From: Eledone cirrhosa
Lineage: Eukaryota
Assembly: GCA_964016885.1 (NCBI GenBank)
Contig: OZ024740.1
Location: 93,372,001-93,436,000 of the forward strand
Direction: 5' to 3'
Length of the DNA stretch: 64,000 nt
Shown here: one piece after another, positions 49,301 through 62,049 of the stretch
How the letters are laid out: every line of letters begins with the position of its first letter
Position numbering within the stretch: position 1 is the stretch's first letter
Made by a program: the position numbers and the translations under genes
Notes under the pieces: model-generated
Seen by the model: the letters and a program-made list of their open reading frames with translations, nothing else
What the model was told of the DNA's origin: nothing
The model's database searches: none

Positions 49301-51099
49301 TGGTATGTCATCAGTTGCCTTTCGTTTCAATGAAGAGATTAAATATGTCAACGAAGAGAGACCTAGAAAGCTTGGCTTGGATTTAAATACTCTAAATACT
49401 CTTCCTTGCACATGCAGTACAAGTAGACGTGGGGCATCTGAAACCTTAGAATTATATATATTTCTCTATTTCCCTTTCATTATCTTCAGGTAAACGGTAC
49501 ATCGGTTAAACGTGAATGTTGGTTTATTTAAAATTAATTTTTTCTCCGCTTCCTTAGAGATATGTGAAAACAATTACTCGTAAATGTTGTGCAAATCATA
49601 AACAGTGTATTCCCACCACAATAAAACAAAACAAAAATTGAAGAAAAGAAAAAAACGAATATGAGTAACGAACAGGAAAATATATGGTTAATATATAATT
49701 TCTTTGAATATATTTTCAGCGGTTGAACATATTTAGAAAAAAAATTATATAATCTGATATTAAAAAAGCGAAACATAATAAGTGCCCAAAGATATTTTGG
49801 CTGTATTTCGGATCTGAAGGAGAATATATATAAATAGACTCATGTGTACCATTGGCAGATAATATTATATTCATCGTTAATACTAAAATAACTGTTCAAA
49901 ATGTGTTTAGGGTGGGGGTGATTTACCTTTAAACTCCTTTATTCTATCGAAAAAATATTTATGTAAAATAATGTTTATGTGTTTTTTTTCTAGTAAATAA
50001 TTAATATCTGAAGAGTCATAAGACATTTCCTGCACCTTTTAGTTATAGACGTACGTCATTATTTCAGATGCTATCATTTGTGAAATATAGTATCTTATTT
50101 AATTGATATTTTATCATCAGATATCAAGAAATCCATATATTTATTAAACAGAAGTCAAGTTATGTGTTTAAGCAGAAAACATAATTGCATGGATGTTCTA
50201 TTGGAATTATGTGATACTCAACCGAAATATAACTTATCCTATGCAGAACATTTTTACATTTATATGTACACCGAAACAGGAACGTTAAATGAGCCAGAAA
50301 AGATGTAACACCTATTTTCATGAGGACAATAGAGATTTGATAATGAATATAGTTCAACTTGTCGCATAAGCGACAATGCTGTCCCTCAGTATAACACAAC
50401 GATGTAGATACGACGAAGTGGGTAAAGGCCGCCTAAAATCTGGTTCTTTTGATGGGATTGATACAATTAATAACCTGGAGATTAGTAATAATGTGTCGAA
50501 CACAATCTAAGGTAACTACAGGTTTTATAAAACAATGATGCTTTGAAATCTTTAGAAGGAACGTGTTCTCGTCCTAAGCAGATGAATCCCGTGGGAACAA
50601 CTTGTTGCATTACTCTTCAAATATTTCTAGACCTCGTGATGATAAGTCTACAAGTCCTGGATTGTGTGGAATAGAGGTACATATATTGTGTTCTCGAACA
50701 CACAAATTGACTAGGAACACAGGTAACCTGATGGCAACATTCACAGGTAAGGAGCAGTACATATATATGACAGGAAACATATAATTCGATTACCTCAATA
50801 TATGCCTATAGCGCTGGTATCATTGATGCGGATGAAACACCGAAAACCCACTATTCAGGTATGATGGCTGAATGTACTGCACTGGCGTGCTTAAGGTTAA
50901 TCAAATGTCATTGTCTGTCGGAATATGTTATGGGCTAGATCTCATTGAAGTGGATGATTTCACTGACAGACGTTCTGTTGTTGATGATGCATGGTTATGG
51001 GCCCAACACATTTCCCTATAAAACTTTCTGTTATCACAGCCATATATTTCTCAATCTCTAAATTTCAGCATGCTCCCCCGTTTATCTTCCCCTCTCCAT

Positions 51100-51114
51100 A
51101 TTCCAATACATACC

Positions 51115-51152
<38 letters not shown>

Positions 51153-53240
51153 ACTCACAATTCCCACTCTCTCAAAATACTACCAACTTCTCTCCACCTC
51201 GCTAAATTCCACAATATAGCTCAATGTCTGTCACTCTGTTAACTCCCCCTCTCTACCGAGGCCAATAAACTTTCATACCCACTACATACCTAACACCCTC
51301 CCACAACCCACAACCCCCCCCTCACTAGACCTCCATGTTATCTCCCCTTTTATATATATATATAATCCACTACATTCCGCACAATCTTTCACTCTCTTAA
51401 CTCGCCAACTATCACTAAACCAACACATTCTCTGCCGGTCTCCATATCCTACTACATACATCACTCATTCTCATAATTCCCCTCTCTTCCAAGACCACCA
51501 AATAAACTCCCCTTCTATATATATCACTACATGTCACACTCTCTCTCTCACAATTCCCTCTCTTTCACTAATCCAACAAGCTTTCTTCCTTCACTTTATA
51601 TCACTACACAATTCACTCTCTCCCAATTACTCCTCTCTCATTAGAACATCAAACAATCTCACCTTCCCCATATTCTACTCTATCCCACACTTTCTCTCAC
51701 AAATCCCGCTCTTTCACTGAACCAACAAACTAACTCTCAACACTATATCATAACATATTTAACTCTCTCACAATTACCCCTCTCTAACTAGACCAGCAAT
51801 CAATCTCCCTTTCTCAACATACATCACTGACTCTCGCAATTCCCCTCTAATTAGACCACCTACTTTTCCACACCTCTCTTTATTCCACTACAAAAATTCA
51901 CACCCTTTCACTCATTTAATATCCCTTCCTTCAATAGTCCACTAAATTATTTACCCCTTTCATATTCCACTATATATATATATATATATATCACTCACTT
52001 TATAAACTCTCACCTCTCTCACTAGGCTAATACAATCTCACTACTCTCACCTAATAAACTCTCGCCCCTCGCTATATGCCACTTCGCACCTCAATCTCTC
52101 TCACAATTTCTCTTCTCACTAGATCACCAAACTTTCTCCCCTTCTATATCTCTCTACATTCTTCACTCTCTCTTACAATTCTCGCTCTCTTATATAAACA
52201 ACAAACTCTCTCCCCCGCACTATATACCAAAACCTACCTAACGCTCTCACAATTCCCCCTTTCTCTCTAGACCACTCATCAATATCCCCCTCTCTCTATC
52301 CTACTATATAATTTACACTCTCTCACAATTCACCCTCTCTCACTCAGTTACCAAATTACCTCTCCTTCTCGATATAAAAAATACATACTTCACTCTATCT
52401 CGCTTTCTTCATTTCCCCTCTCCCATTAAACAAAGGAACTATATCCTTCTCTAATTATCCTACTAGATATCTCAATCTGTCTCACAATTCCCTGTCTCTC
52501 ACTAGACCATGAAATGCACTACCCTTCTCTGTATCTCATCTCTCTAACAATTCACCTTCTCTCACTAAAATAACAAACTTCTCCCTTCATTCTATACTCC
52601 TACATACCTCACCCTCTCTTAATCCACCCGCTCTCATTGGACTACTAAATTCTCTCACCCTCTCTATAACTTACTACATAACACACTCCCTCTCACAATT
52701 CCCCTTTCTCAGTGGACCACCAAATTATCAACCCCTCTCTTCATTTCACTACAAAACTCACACACTTTCACTCTTTTAATTCCCTTTCTCTCAATAGATC
52801 ACCAAATTATATCCCGCTCTTTATATTCCTCTACATATATCACTCACTTCTCTCTGTTAACTCCCCCTGTCACTAGGCTAATTAACTCCTCGTCCCTCAT
52901 CAGACTAATAAACACTCACCTCTCTCACTAGGCTAAAAACTCTCATCTATCTCTATAGTTCACTACATCCCATTGTCTCTCACAATACACCCTTTCGCAC
53001 TAGACGACAAATTCTCTACCCGCTCTCTATATTCAACTACACACCTCATTCTCATTAACTCTTTTGATTCCCCGTTTTCCACCAAGCCACCATATACACC
53101 CACGTCCTCTATATTGCATTACATACCACACTCTCTCTCACAATTACGCCTCTATCAATAGATCCACATATTATCTTCCCCTCTCTGTATTTCACTACAT
53201 ACCACACTCTCTCTCACTAGACGACCATATTCTCTCTCCC
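51100..53240. repeat. Degenerate ~73-75-bp pyrimidine-rich minisatellite (ctctctcacaattcccctctctcactagaccacc...)
   Basis: tcacaattccc-like core recurs at ~51471, 51548, 51621, 51696, 51768 and onward; very few G on the + strand. Confidence 0.8.
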
Positions 53241-53614
53241 TCTCTATATCATGCTAGAACATTTTTTTTATTTGAAACAACAGTTTTCAAATTCTTTAAA
53301 CACAAAATAATTTCCCCTCCCCTCTCCACCATTTGAACCCTGGGGTTTGGGGATGATATTTCTTTTTTCGTGGTGATCTTTTCTTGAATTATTTGACAGG
53401 TATTTAAAATATGCTGTGGTGGAATGTGCTGGAGTAGAGCGTGGTGATGTTAGTGGTGGGTGTGTTAGTGTAGCGTTGTTGGTTGTATTGTTTTATTTTG
53501 AATGTATCTATCCACCTCTCTATATATATACTACTAAACCTCTGTGATTGTGTCGTTCTGTGAGATTTTAGTGAATCTATCCTGTTAAATAGGAAAGGTT
53601 GCTAAAATGTGTGC

Positions 53615-53663
<49 letters not shown>

Positions 53664-53868
53664 TTTATATAAATTCATATACATACACATATATATATAT
53701 ATATGTGTTTATAAAGAGAGAAATAGAGAGAGAGGGAGATAGATAGATATATAGATAGAGAGAGAGAGACAGAGAGATAGAGAGAAAGAGGGAGATAGAG
53801 AGAGAGAGAGATATAGATAGATAGAGAGAGAGAGAGATAGATAGAGAGGGATAGAGAGAGAGATATAT

Positions 53869-53958
<90 letters not shown>

Positions 53959-55008
53959 TGCCGAGGTGGGTTTAGACTTTCATAATTTTGAGGTCACATA
54001 GTTATTGTAAAGAACTTCATTTTCTGCTATAACATACTTTTAATGGTAAAGCCATATGGATTTATCCCAAGTAGATTTGAACCAATGTAATCTAAAGTCC
54101 CTACTTGTCCTTAGATTTAACTTGTGTGTAGGAGAGTAACACCACACCAATTTGAATGTACTTCATCTCTGAATAAAGCCACGATTTTACTATTATGATT
54201 CCTAATATGTACCAAAGAGCATACTTGCTCTCGTTATAATACATTTATAAATAGTTTTCAATTACTCGTCTTATTGGTATTTGTTTTCTCGTATTTCTGA
54301 TGGGGTGTGTGTAAATCTATATTGAACCTGAATTCGAACGCATAATTATTAGTAAGAACATGCAACATATTAACGCTTTCTATATTTTTGTCAGTTATTT
54401 ATATCATATAACTTAGCTACATTTATATATTTTATTTTGTTTTGTCATTACATTTTCTGCCTAATTTCAATGATTATACTTAATTTTCTTATGAAAGAAA
54501 TCTCTATTCGCTATGAAATAACTTGAAGACAAATACAAGTTCTGAAAATATGAAGCTAATTTTAGAAACTTGTGATTGCTATTCAAGAAAATAACTGTTG
54601 CTCTGATATTTCTCTTTAGTGATGTTCATTATTTATAAATTTAGACGTCACTTCAAAAGTTAATGCATTTTACTAAGAACATAATACATTAATAAATCAT
54701 TCGTAATTGAAGGTATGGTTATTTTTTTTTAAATTCATATATCATTAAAAAGTAAACACTCATGTGTATCCTTCTACAGAAATAAATTCGTGCATGTATG
54801 TGTTGTTGCGAACGAATGTTGTAAACTGTATATAGATTTCAAATGCTTGAACATAATTGCCAATCTTTAGTCACAACAAATAGAGCGGTAATCATTCTAT
54901 ATTCACAACATGTTATAGGCGACTATGAACTGCAAAGCGGTTAATCCAAAAGGGCAGCTTCTCGGAATGACGTCAATTCGTGAGTATATATATATATATA
55001 TATATACA

Positions 55009-55053
<45 letters not shown>

Positions 55054-55061
<8 letters not shown>

Positions 55062-55256
55062 ATACTTTGGGAGGGTCATGTTGCCAATAAGAAACACACG
55101 CACCAGATGTTTCACTTCAATTTATTATAATAAATTGAAGTGAAAGCAACTGGTGCGTTTGTTTCTTATTGGCAACATGACCCTCCCAAAGTATAACAAT
55201 ATCAGTTTCAACACACGTTTACAGAGAAAGAATATTGCTAAACAAATTCAGAAACG
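55054..55256. mobile_element. Fold-back fragment (~150-bp palindrome) of a (TA)n-associated element end
   Basis: Arms centred at 55127/55128; same terminus at 2583-2658 and 4854-4878. Confidence 0.75.
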
Positions 55257-55300
<44 letters not shown>

Positions 55301-55532
55301 ATGTGTGTGCGTGTATGCGTGTATGTGTGTATATATATGTGTGTGTGTATGTATGTGTGTGTGTGTATGTGTGTGTGTGTGTGGATATGTATGTGTGGAT
55401 GTGTGTGTGTGTAAGTGTATTAATGTATATATGTATGCATGTATACATGTTTGAATGTGTGTATGTGTGAATCTGTGTGTATATACAAAATACTTAAATG
55501 TGTATATCGTATGTCTCATCTATAAATATGTT

Positions 55533-55667
55533 CAGTATCGGTAGACGGTTGGAGGCTATGCTTCGCAAGGTTAACTTTGCCTTTCATCCTTACGGGGTCG
55601 ATGAAATAAAGTACCAGTAATGAACTGGATAATTGCTGGCCTTGTGCTAAAAGTAGAAACAATATTA
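55533..55667 (+). mobile_element. Octopod-type SINE with internal deletion
   Basis: Head joined directly to ggttaactttgcctttcatcc; B-box region missing. Confidence 0.85.
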
Positions 55668-56080
55668 TATCCAAGAAATGATACGCGCTAGAGAGATGAT
55701 CTAACATGCCTAATTACTCATATCTAGTGATATAATTATGGATTATTTAAGCCTCTTTAAAAACAAATGGCATTTAAATTCAGATAAATTCCTCATTATT
55801 TGCTCTTCATTATTTCCGAATTTGGCATGTGTTTCCTTGTTTTTAAGTCAATGTCGGCCTGTTTCTCGTCAATGAATGTTGTTAAAAAGTATTTTTCAAA
55901 GTCTGAATTATTAACGTACTATAATTTAGGTCCTTTTTTTCGGCTGCTGCATTTCATAAAGCAACTCGTCGGTAAACATAATCACGTTTGATGTTTGCAT
56001 ATGAGCTTAGGCATAAATATGCATAACCCACACACATTCTCACTCACATACACACACATACATACATGCATGTATTTATA

Positions 56081-56183
<103 letters not shown>

Positions 56184-56225
56184 GTTCATACATACATACA
56201 TACATGCATACATACATGTATATAT

Positions 56226-56271
<46 letters not shown>

Positions 56272-56356
56272 GTTCCTCCCCCCTCCCACTCTCAAGAGCG
56301 TGAAACTAATAAACCTTTGTTTGAACAATCTCTCTGGTTTACTCCCGTTCCATTTT

Positions 56357-56407
<51 letters not shown>

Positions 56408-56465
56408 ACGGGGGAACAGGCCAAGCGGAGAAAGTTGTGATGTCGTTAAGACAGGAATGCCGTTA

Positions 56466-56503
<38 letters not shown>

Positions 56504-56671
56504 GGAATTTATATCTAGTAACATTTATATACACACAGATGCATATCAATGCTAGCAAATATATAGGTTTTGTCTTATTAACATTGTGGTTCAATGCATG
56601 GGGTTGCAGAACAATAATATGAGAGACGTAAAATAAGAACATTATAAAATTAACTTACTTACTAAAAAATC

Positions 56672-56754
56672 ACTTCCAACTAATTAGTTTCTGGAATGGA
56701 GTAAATATATTTTCCGAAGAAACATATAGAAAATCATTCCGTCATCAGGATAGT
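56672..56754 (-). ncRNA. Type I hammerhead ribozyme (family F, inverted copy)
   Basis: Reverse complement of 57121-57203. Confidence 0.7.
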
Positions 56755-57120
56755 CTTTTTCGGTGCAAGTCTCCAGGCATAGCGATGACTCTGGAAACTT
56801 ATTAAAAAAATAATTCCGTGGAAAGGAAATAGCGAAGCGTGGACTGGATTCCTAACCATTGAGAAAATCACTGACACTACGTCTGTGGCAAATTCAAAAA
56901 GAATCAATCACGTGACATCGAGGTCAATCAATGGAAAGCGAGTGGTTAATAAGACAGCGGCCAGCCTACCACCATAGTAGCACTCATTGCCAAATATTGC
57001 TCGACAAATGAATTGGAGATAATTATAAGGAATTTATATCTAGTAACATTTATATACACACAGATGCATATCAATGCTAGCAAATATATAGGTTTTGTCT
57101 TATTAACATTGTGGTAAAAG

Positions 57121-57203
57121 ACTTTCCTGATGACGGAATGATTTTCCATATGTTTCTTCGGAAAATATATTTACTCCATTCCAGAAACTAATTAGTTGGA
57201 AGT
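57121..57203 (+). ncRNA. Type I hammerhead ribozyme (family F)
   Basis: actttc-CTGATGA-cggaatg..(attttcc/ggaaaat)..cattcca-GAAA-CTAATTAG-TT-ggaagt; palindromic helix III ACTAATTAGT. Confidence 0.75.
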
Positions 57204-57644
57204 GATTTTTTAGTAAGTAAGTTAATTTTATAATTTTCTTATTTTACGTCTCTCATATTATTGTTCTGCAACCCCATGCATTGATCCACAATGTTAATAA
57301 GACAAAACCTATATATTTGCTAGCATTGATATGCATCTGTGTGTATATACATGTTACTGGATATAAATTCCTTATAATTATCTCCAATTCATTTGTCGAG
57401 CAATATTTGGCCATGAGTGCTACTATGGTGGTAGGCTGGCCGCTGTCTTATTAACCACTCGCTTTCCAGTGATTGACCTCGATGTCACGTGATTGATTCT
57501 TTTTGAATTTGCCACAGACCTAGAGGCAGTGATTTTCTCAATGGCTAGGAACCAGTCCACGCTTCGCTATTTCCTTTCCACTGAATTATTTTTTTAATAA
57601 GTTTCCAGAGTCCTCGCTATGCCTGGAAACTTGCACGGATAAAG

Positions 57645-57727
57645 ACTTTCCTGATGACGGAATGATTTTCAATATGTTTCTTCGGAAAATATATTTACTC
57701 CATTCCAGAAACTAATTAGTTGGAACT
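57645..57727 (+). ncRNA. Type I hammerhead ribozyme (family F, second tandem copy)
   Basis: Same motif 524 bp downstream. Confidence 0.7.
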
Positions 57728-57783
57728 GATTTTTTAGTAAGTAAGTTAATTTTATAATTTTCTTATTTTACGTCTCTCATATA

Positions 57784-57910
<127 letters not shown>

Positions 57911-58579
57911 ATTTATTAAAATAACAGATTAAAGTTTAATAAGCAAAGAATCGCTGCTTTTAGCCTTAACGTGATCTACTGAAACAAAGTGGATATTTCA
58001 AAAAAGTTTCACCCGGAGGAAGACAGGAAGACGATACTATGGTTCGTGGAAATGTTCCCTTGCAAAAAACTGGAAACAACGAATATAATACGTCATTATT
58101 TGGAACGGTGAAAAACAATTACACGCAAAGACAAAACCACGTTTAAGTTGTAAAAGAAGTCGTAGACTAATATTCTATTAGGTGAATCATAGAGACGTTC
58201 TCTGGCAATGAACGGAGAAAACGAAGAGAATACGTCATATGTGGAGCGGGGAGAACAATTGCACGCAAAGACAAAACCACGTAAATGGTATAACTGAAGT
58301 CGTAGACTAAAATTCTAACTAGGAAACCGAACGATTCTCGGTTTCAGAGTTAAGAATAAAGTAAATAAAATACAGAGGTAATTTAAATTAAATCAATTCA
58401 AACACGCATCCATAAACGTACATACACAAGCATACGCGAAAATGCTCGCCATAGGTATACAAATACACGCACGTACACACAAAAAAAAAAACCACACGCA
58501 CATACCGAACCCACGCAACGCCTGTACCAGCACGCATATGAATGGATACATCAAATACACATAAAAAAGATATATAAAA

Positions 58580-58621
<42 letters not shown>

Positions 58622-58989
58622 CTGTGTGTGAATACATATAATTAAATAAACGTATATAAATAAATAAATACGTATATAACGCACGCACACACATACCTAC
58701 ATGTAAATACACATGTGTTCGGAGACGTACGTCAACCAAAATATAAAGTACACATATACACGCACCCTACATACGTACGAACCCACATACTCAAACAGAC
58801 GCAAAACTCACGTATACACATAACCAAAAACATATGTACCAGAATATATAATATGTACACCATAACATATACAATCAAATATACGTACGAGAAAGTATAC
58901 GTACCTTCACAAGACATACACGTAATATATACTTACCTATACAAATAAGTAATGGTATAAACATAACATATACCTAGCTACCACATCAA

Positions 58990-61025
58990 GGCGTTAGGGT
59001 ATAATGTTTGGCTGTAATACAGGAAAGTTTTGTGCAATTTATGTTTACAAGCCGAAATTGCCCAGATCTTTCGTTTAAGATGTGGTTTTGGCGTAGAGTA
59101 TTTCCAGAGTCTCAGCGGCGCTGAGGTCACATGCTCTTTTATATCAGTTATACAATCTAGCCCTAGCTAGGATCGCCCAGTGTAACTTATACTGGGTGTG
59201 GTTGTCTTTTAGACTCCAGATATAAGCTGAAAGTGACGTCATATTCCTTCTTAAAGGGTAACGAAAATAATGGGTAAGCATGTAAAGACGCTGCTTGAAT
59301 ATATTGGCAGTTACCCCTTTGTAGGCCCTGGTGTTTCAACCTTACATGTGTAGACAATGTTACTAGAAAGGCATTTCCCGGATAGGGGGCAGTCAACCCG
59401 ATTCCTACAATGACAATTAGTACTAACTAAAGGGTTGCATGTGTTCCTACGGCTAGGTAGTTTAGCTAAATTTGAAGCTGTGATGTTATGTGCAAGGTTA
59501 GAAGTCGTAGAGTAAGAACTTTTAATATAATTCTATTAAAAATGTTACTATATTTATGTGTAGGGGAAAATGCTTCATAATAAGGGAGAGAAAGATTTTA
59601 GCTAATGGTGTGGCCACCTCCATGTTGTATGGTGTGTTATACCATATAATGCGTCGGGATCTATTTCTTCTAGGTCTATTCTCGTACTCTGTATATGCAA
59701 ACTTATCGACAAATTCACTCCGAGCAAGAGCTTCATTGTAATATGTGGAATGGTCGTTGAAAATATGCTCGTTAGTAGATTGACGGGAACGCCTCAAAGA
59801 AACGTTTCTTACAAGATTTTGGGTATGCTGGCAGGATGGTTATAATGCTTACTTATGTAATTAATGCAAGTCATTCGATAAATTGAGGGTAATGTCGAGG
59901 TAATTAACGACCGAGAGGTTGGCATCAACCTGTATGGAGAGGTTGAAGCCTTTAAAGAAGGCTCTGAGTTCTTTTCTGAACCTGTCGTAAGCACGTGGGC
60001 CGCACTTAGTCTTGGTCTAAAAACCAATATCACGGTACAAACCACCGCCCACGTTGGGGGATTCTCCCTTGATAGAGAAAAGAAGGAAAATGCCGATAAG
60101 ATCAGTAACCTCCGCAGAATCGCTGGCGCCCATAGTCACATCGAATGGGGGACTATTAGATTTTTTTTATCCAAATAGAGTCGTCGAAATTAATCACCGA
60201 CTTACGGGCATTGAGGATGACATCAACTTCGAAATCCTTAACCACTGAGAGTGTTTTAGCGAAATCAATAGCTCTAAGAAGAAGTGGTAAAGTAAAGTGT
60301 TGGAGGGGTAGTAATTATTGATGGCGAATTGGATAAAACGGCAATGTTCCATGTTACATATGCCGTTGAACCAATCAATCACCGCGAAATAATTGTTCCA
60401 CAGTGCAAGAGGGGCCAGTCTTCTAATATCAGGTATAACTCTATCAATAATCCTTTTACTAAGTCTACCTAAATCGGAATTCGTAGGTTTAATAAGCTGA
60501 ATAGAGGGGTTGTTTGGAAAATTGGATTTGTGATCCTTCAGGGTAAAGTGGGTAGAAATAGAGTCCAGAGATTCAGTCCGGTCCAGGATGTTGAGATCAG
60601 AGGTGATTTTAAACCCAGCATCGTTGATTTCATTAATGACGCTGCGATTAGTTTTACGATAATCCTTAGTTACAGCATTATGTAGCAGTCGATGGTAAGT
60701 ACTGCGCTCCACTTGATATACAATGCCAGTTTTTTTCGGAATGGACGTGCACGACATTAGAATCCTTAATAGAACGAATTCTATTCTTCAGGTCCTGCTG
60801 GAAGGAATTGCTCCTATTCCGAAATGTGATACTCCGTTTGAGTTCCAAGACATCACTTTCGAAGAGTAGCAATGCTGGGTTACTCGGAGGTTTATTATAG
60901 ATTTTAAACCCAAATGTATCCTGTTTGTTGTCTGCATTTCCCTGATTATCGAAATAAAAGGCACGCCAACGCAACCTTTTAATGAACGCGTCTGTATCAG
61001 GAGTTTTAGGTATGTATCTTTTTAA
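58990..61025 (-). pseudogene. PLE-2 polyprotein remnant (RT plus GIY-YIG), multiply frameshifted
   Basis: FIKRLRWRAFYF, FESDVLEL..FQQDLK, FTLKDHKSNF, FIQFAINNYYPS, FDVTMGASDSAEVTDLIG, GLYRDIG, RRIIWYNTPY, CHCRNRVDCPLSGKCLSSNIVY, LSAYIWSLK. Confidence 0.9.
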
Positions 61026-61423
61026 GGTATGTATTTTATTTACTTTATTCTTAACTCTAAAGCCGAGAATCATTCGGCTAGTTAGAATTCTTGTCTACGA
61101 CTTCAGTTATACCATTTAGGTGGTTTTGTATGTGCTTGCAATTGTTCACCCCGCTCCACATATGATATTCTCTTCGTTTTTTCCGTTCTTTGCCAGAGAA
61201 CGTCTCTATGGACCACCTAAGAAAATATTAGTCTACGACTTCTTTTATACCATAAACGTGGTTTTGTCTTTGCGTGTAATTGTTTTTCACCGCTCCAAAT
61301 AATGACATATTATATTCGTTTTTCCCGTTCTTTGCCAGGGAACGTTTCCACGAACCAAAGTATCGTCTTCCTATCTTCCTCCAGTTGCAACGTTTTTTTT
61401 TTAAATATTCACTTCTTCATTCA

Positions 61424-61497
61424 CAGATTGACTTTATTAGTGTCAGAAGATCCCGTTAAGGGTGAAAGCAGCGATTGTTTGCTTAAACTTTAATCTG
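61424..61497 (+). ncRNA. Hammerhead-like motif of the PLE-2 pseudo-LTR with non-canonical CAGAAGA core
   Basis: cagattga..agtgt-CAGAAGA-tccc gttaa gggt-GAAA-gca..tgc-TT-aaact ttaatctg; bipartite helix I. Confidence 0.6.
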
Positions 61498-61596
61498 TTA
61501 TTTTAATAAATTTTTGCTCTACGGTTCTTATATATTTGATTTATGTTTATCCTTATCGAGCCCTCTTTAGATTTTAGTCTTCAAATATATTTTTAT

Positions 61597-61687
<91 letters not shown>

Positions 61688-61790
61688 GAGCGAGAGAGAG
61701 AGGGAGAAAGAGAGAGAGAGAGACATGTATGTATTTGTGTATGTGAGTTATGTATATTTATACCTAGCCTCATACATGTCTATGTTTATA

Positions 61791-61878
61791 TGTGAGTTAT
61801 GTATATTTATACCTAGGCTCATACATGTCTATGTTTAATTCACGTAAACACACCTGCATGTATATATGTACAATCACG

Positions 61879-61955
<77 letters not shown>

Positions 61956-62049
61956 CCGTGCTTGTACATGTATGTTGCAGGTGTATCTACGTGAGTTAAA
62001 CATAGACTTATTTGCATACATGATCCTATGTGCATATGTATAACTCACA
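61791..62049. repeat. MITE-like / fold-back inverted repeat with ~100-bp arms around a (TA)n core
   Basis: tgtgagttat..gtctatgtttaattcacgta..acacctgca..gtacaatcacgg pairs with ccgtgcttgtac..tgcaggtgt..tacgtgagttaaacatagac..ataactcaca. Confidence 0.75.

Larger units (their letters stand above)
56503..57780. mobile_element. Retrozyme-like / non-autonomous PLE family F: ~525-bp unit, ~1.2 units inverted plus ~1.3 units forward, in (TA)n
   Basis: 56504 repeats at 57029; 57121 repeats at 57645; orientation switch at ~57115; three HHRs; no ORF homology. Confidence 0.88.
57911..61600 (-). mobile_element. Penelope-like element PLE-2 (Naiad-like) with inverted pseudo-LTRs
   Basis: 57911-58375 and 61030-61511 are diverged inverted repeats; RT/GIY-YIG remnants lie between; flanked by (TA)n/(TG)n. 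Confidence 0.9.

Noticed and set aside
59140-59152. In-frame TGA in the PLE-2 endonuclease (YN*YKRAC), and TGA at 41162 in PLE-1, as possible selenocysteine codons (reported in some Naiad PLEs)
   Set aside because: Neither is at a conserved Cys position, both ORFs have other stops or frameshifts, and no SECIS was recognised.
57911-61511. Long terminal inverted repeats suggesting a DNA transposon or DIRS element
   Set aside because: The internal protein is PLE RT plus GIY-YIG and the repeats hold an HHR-like motif, so they are inverted pseudo-LTRs.
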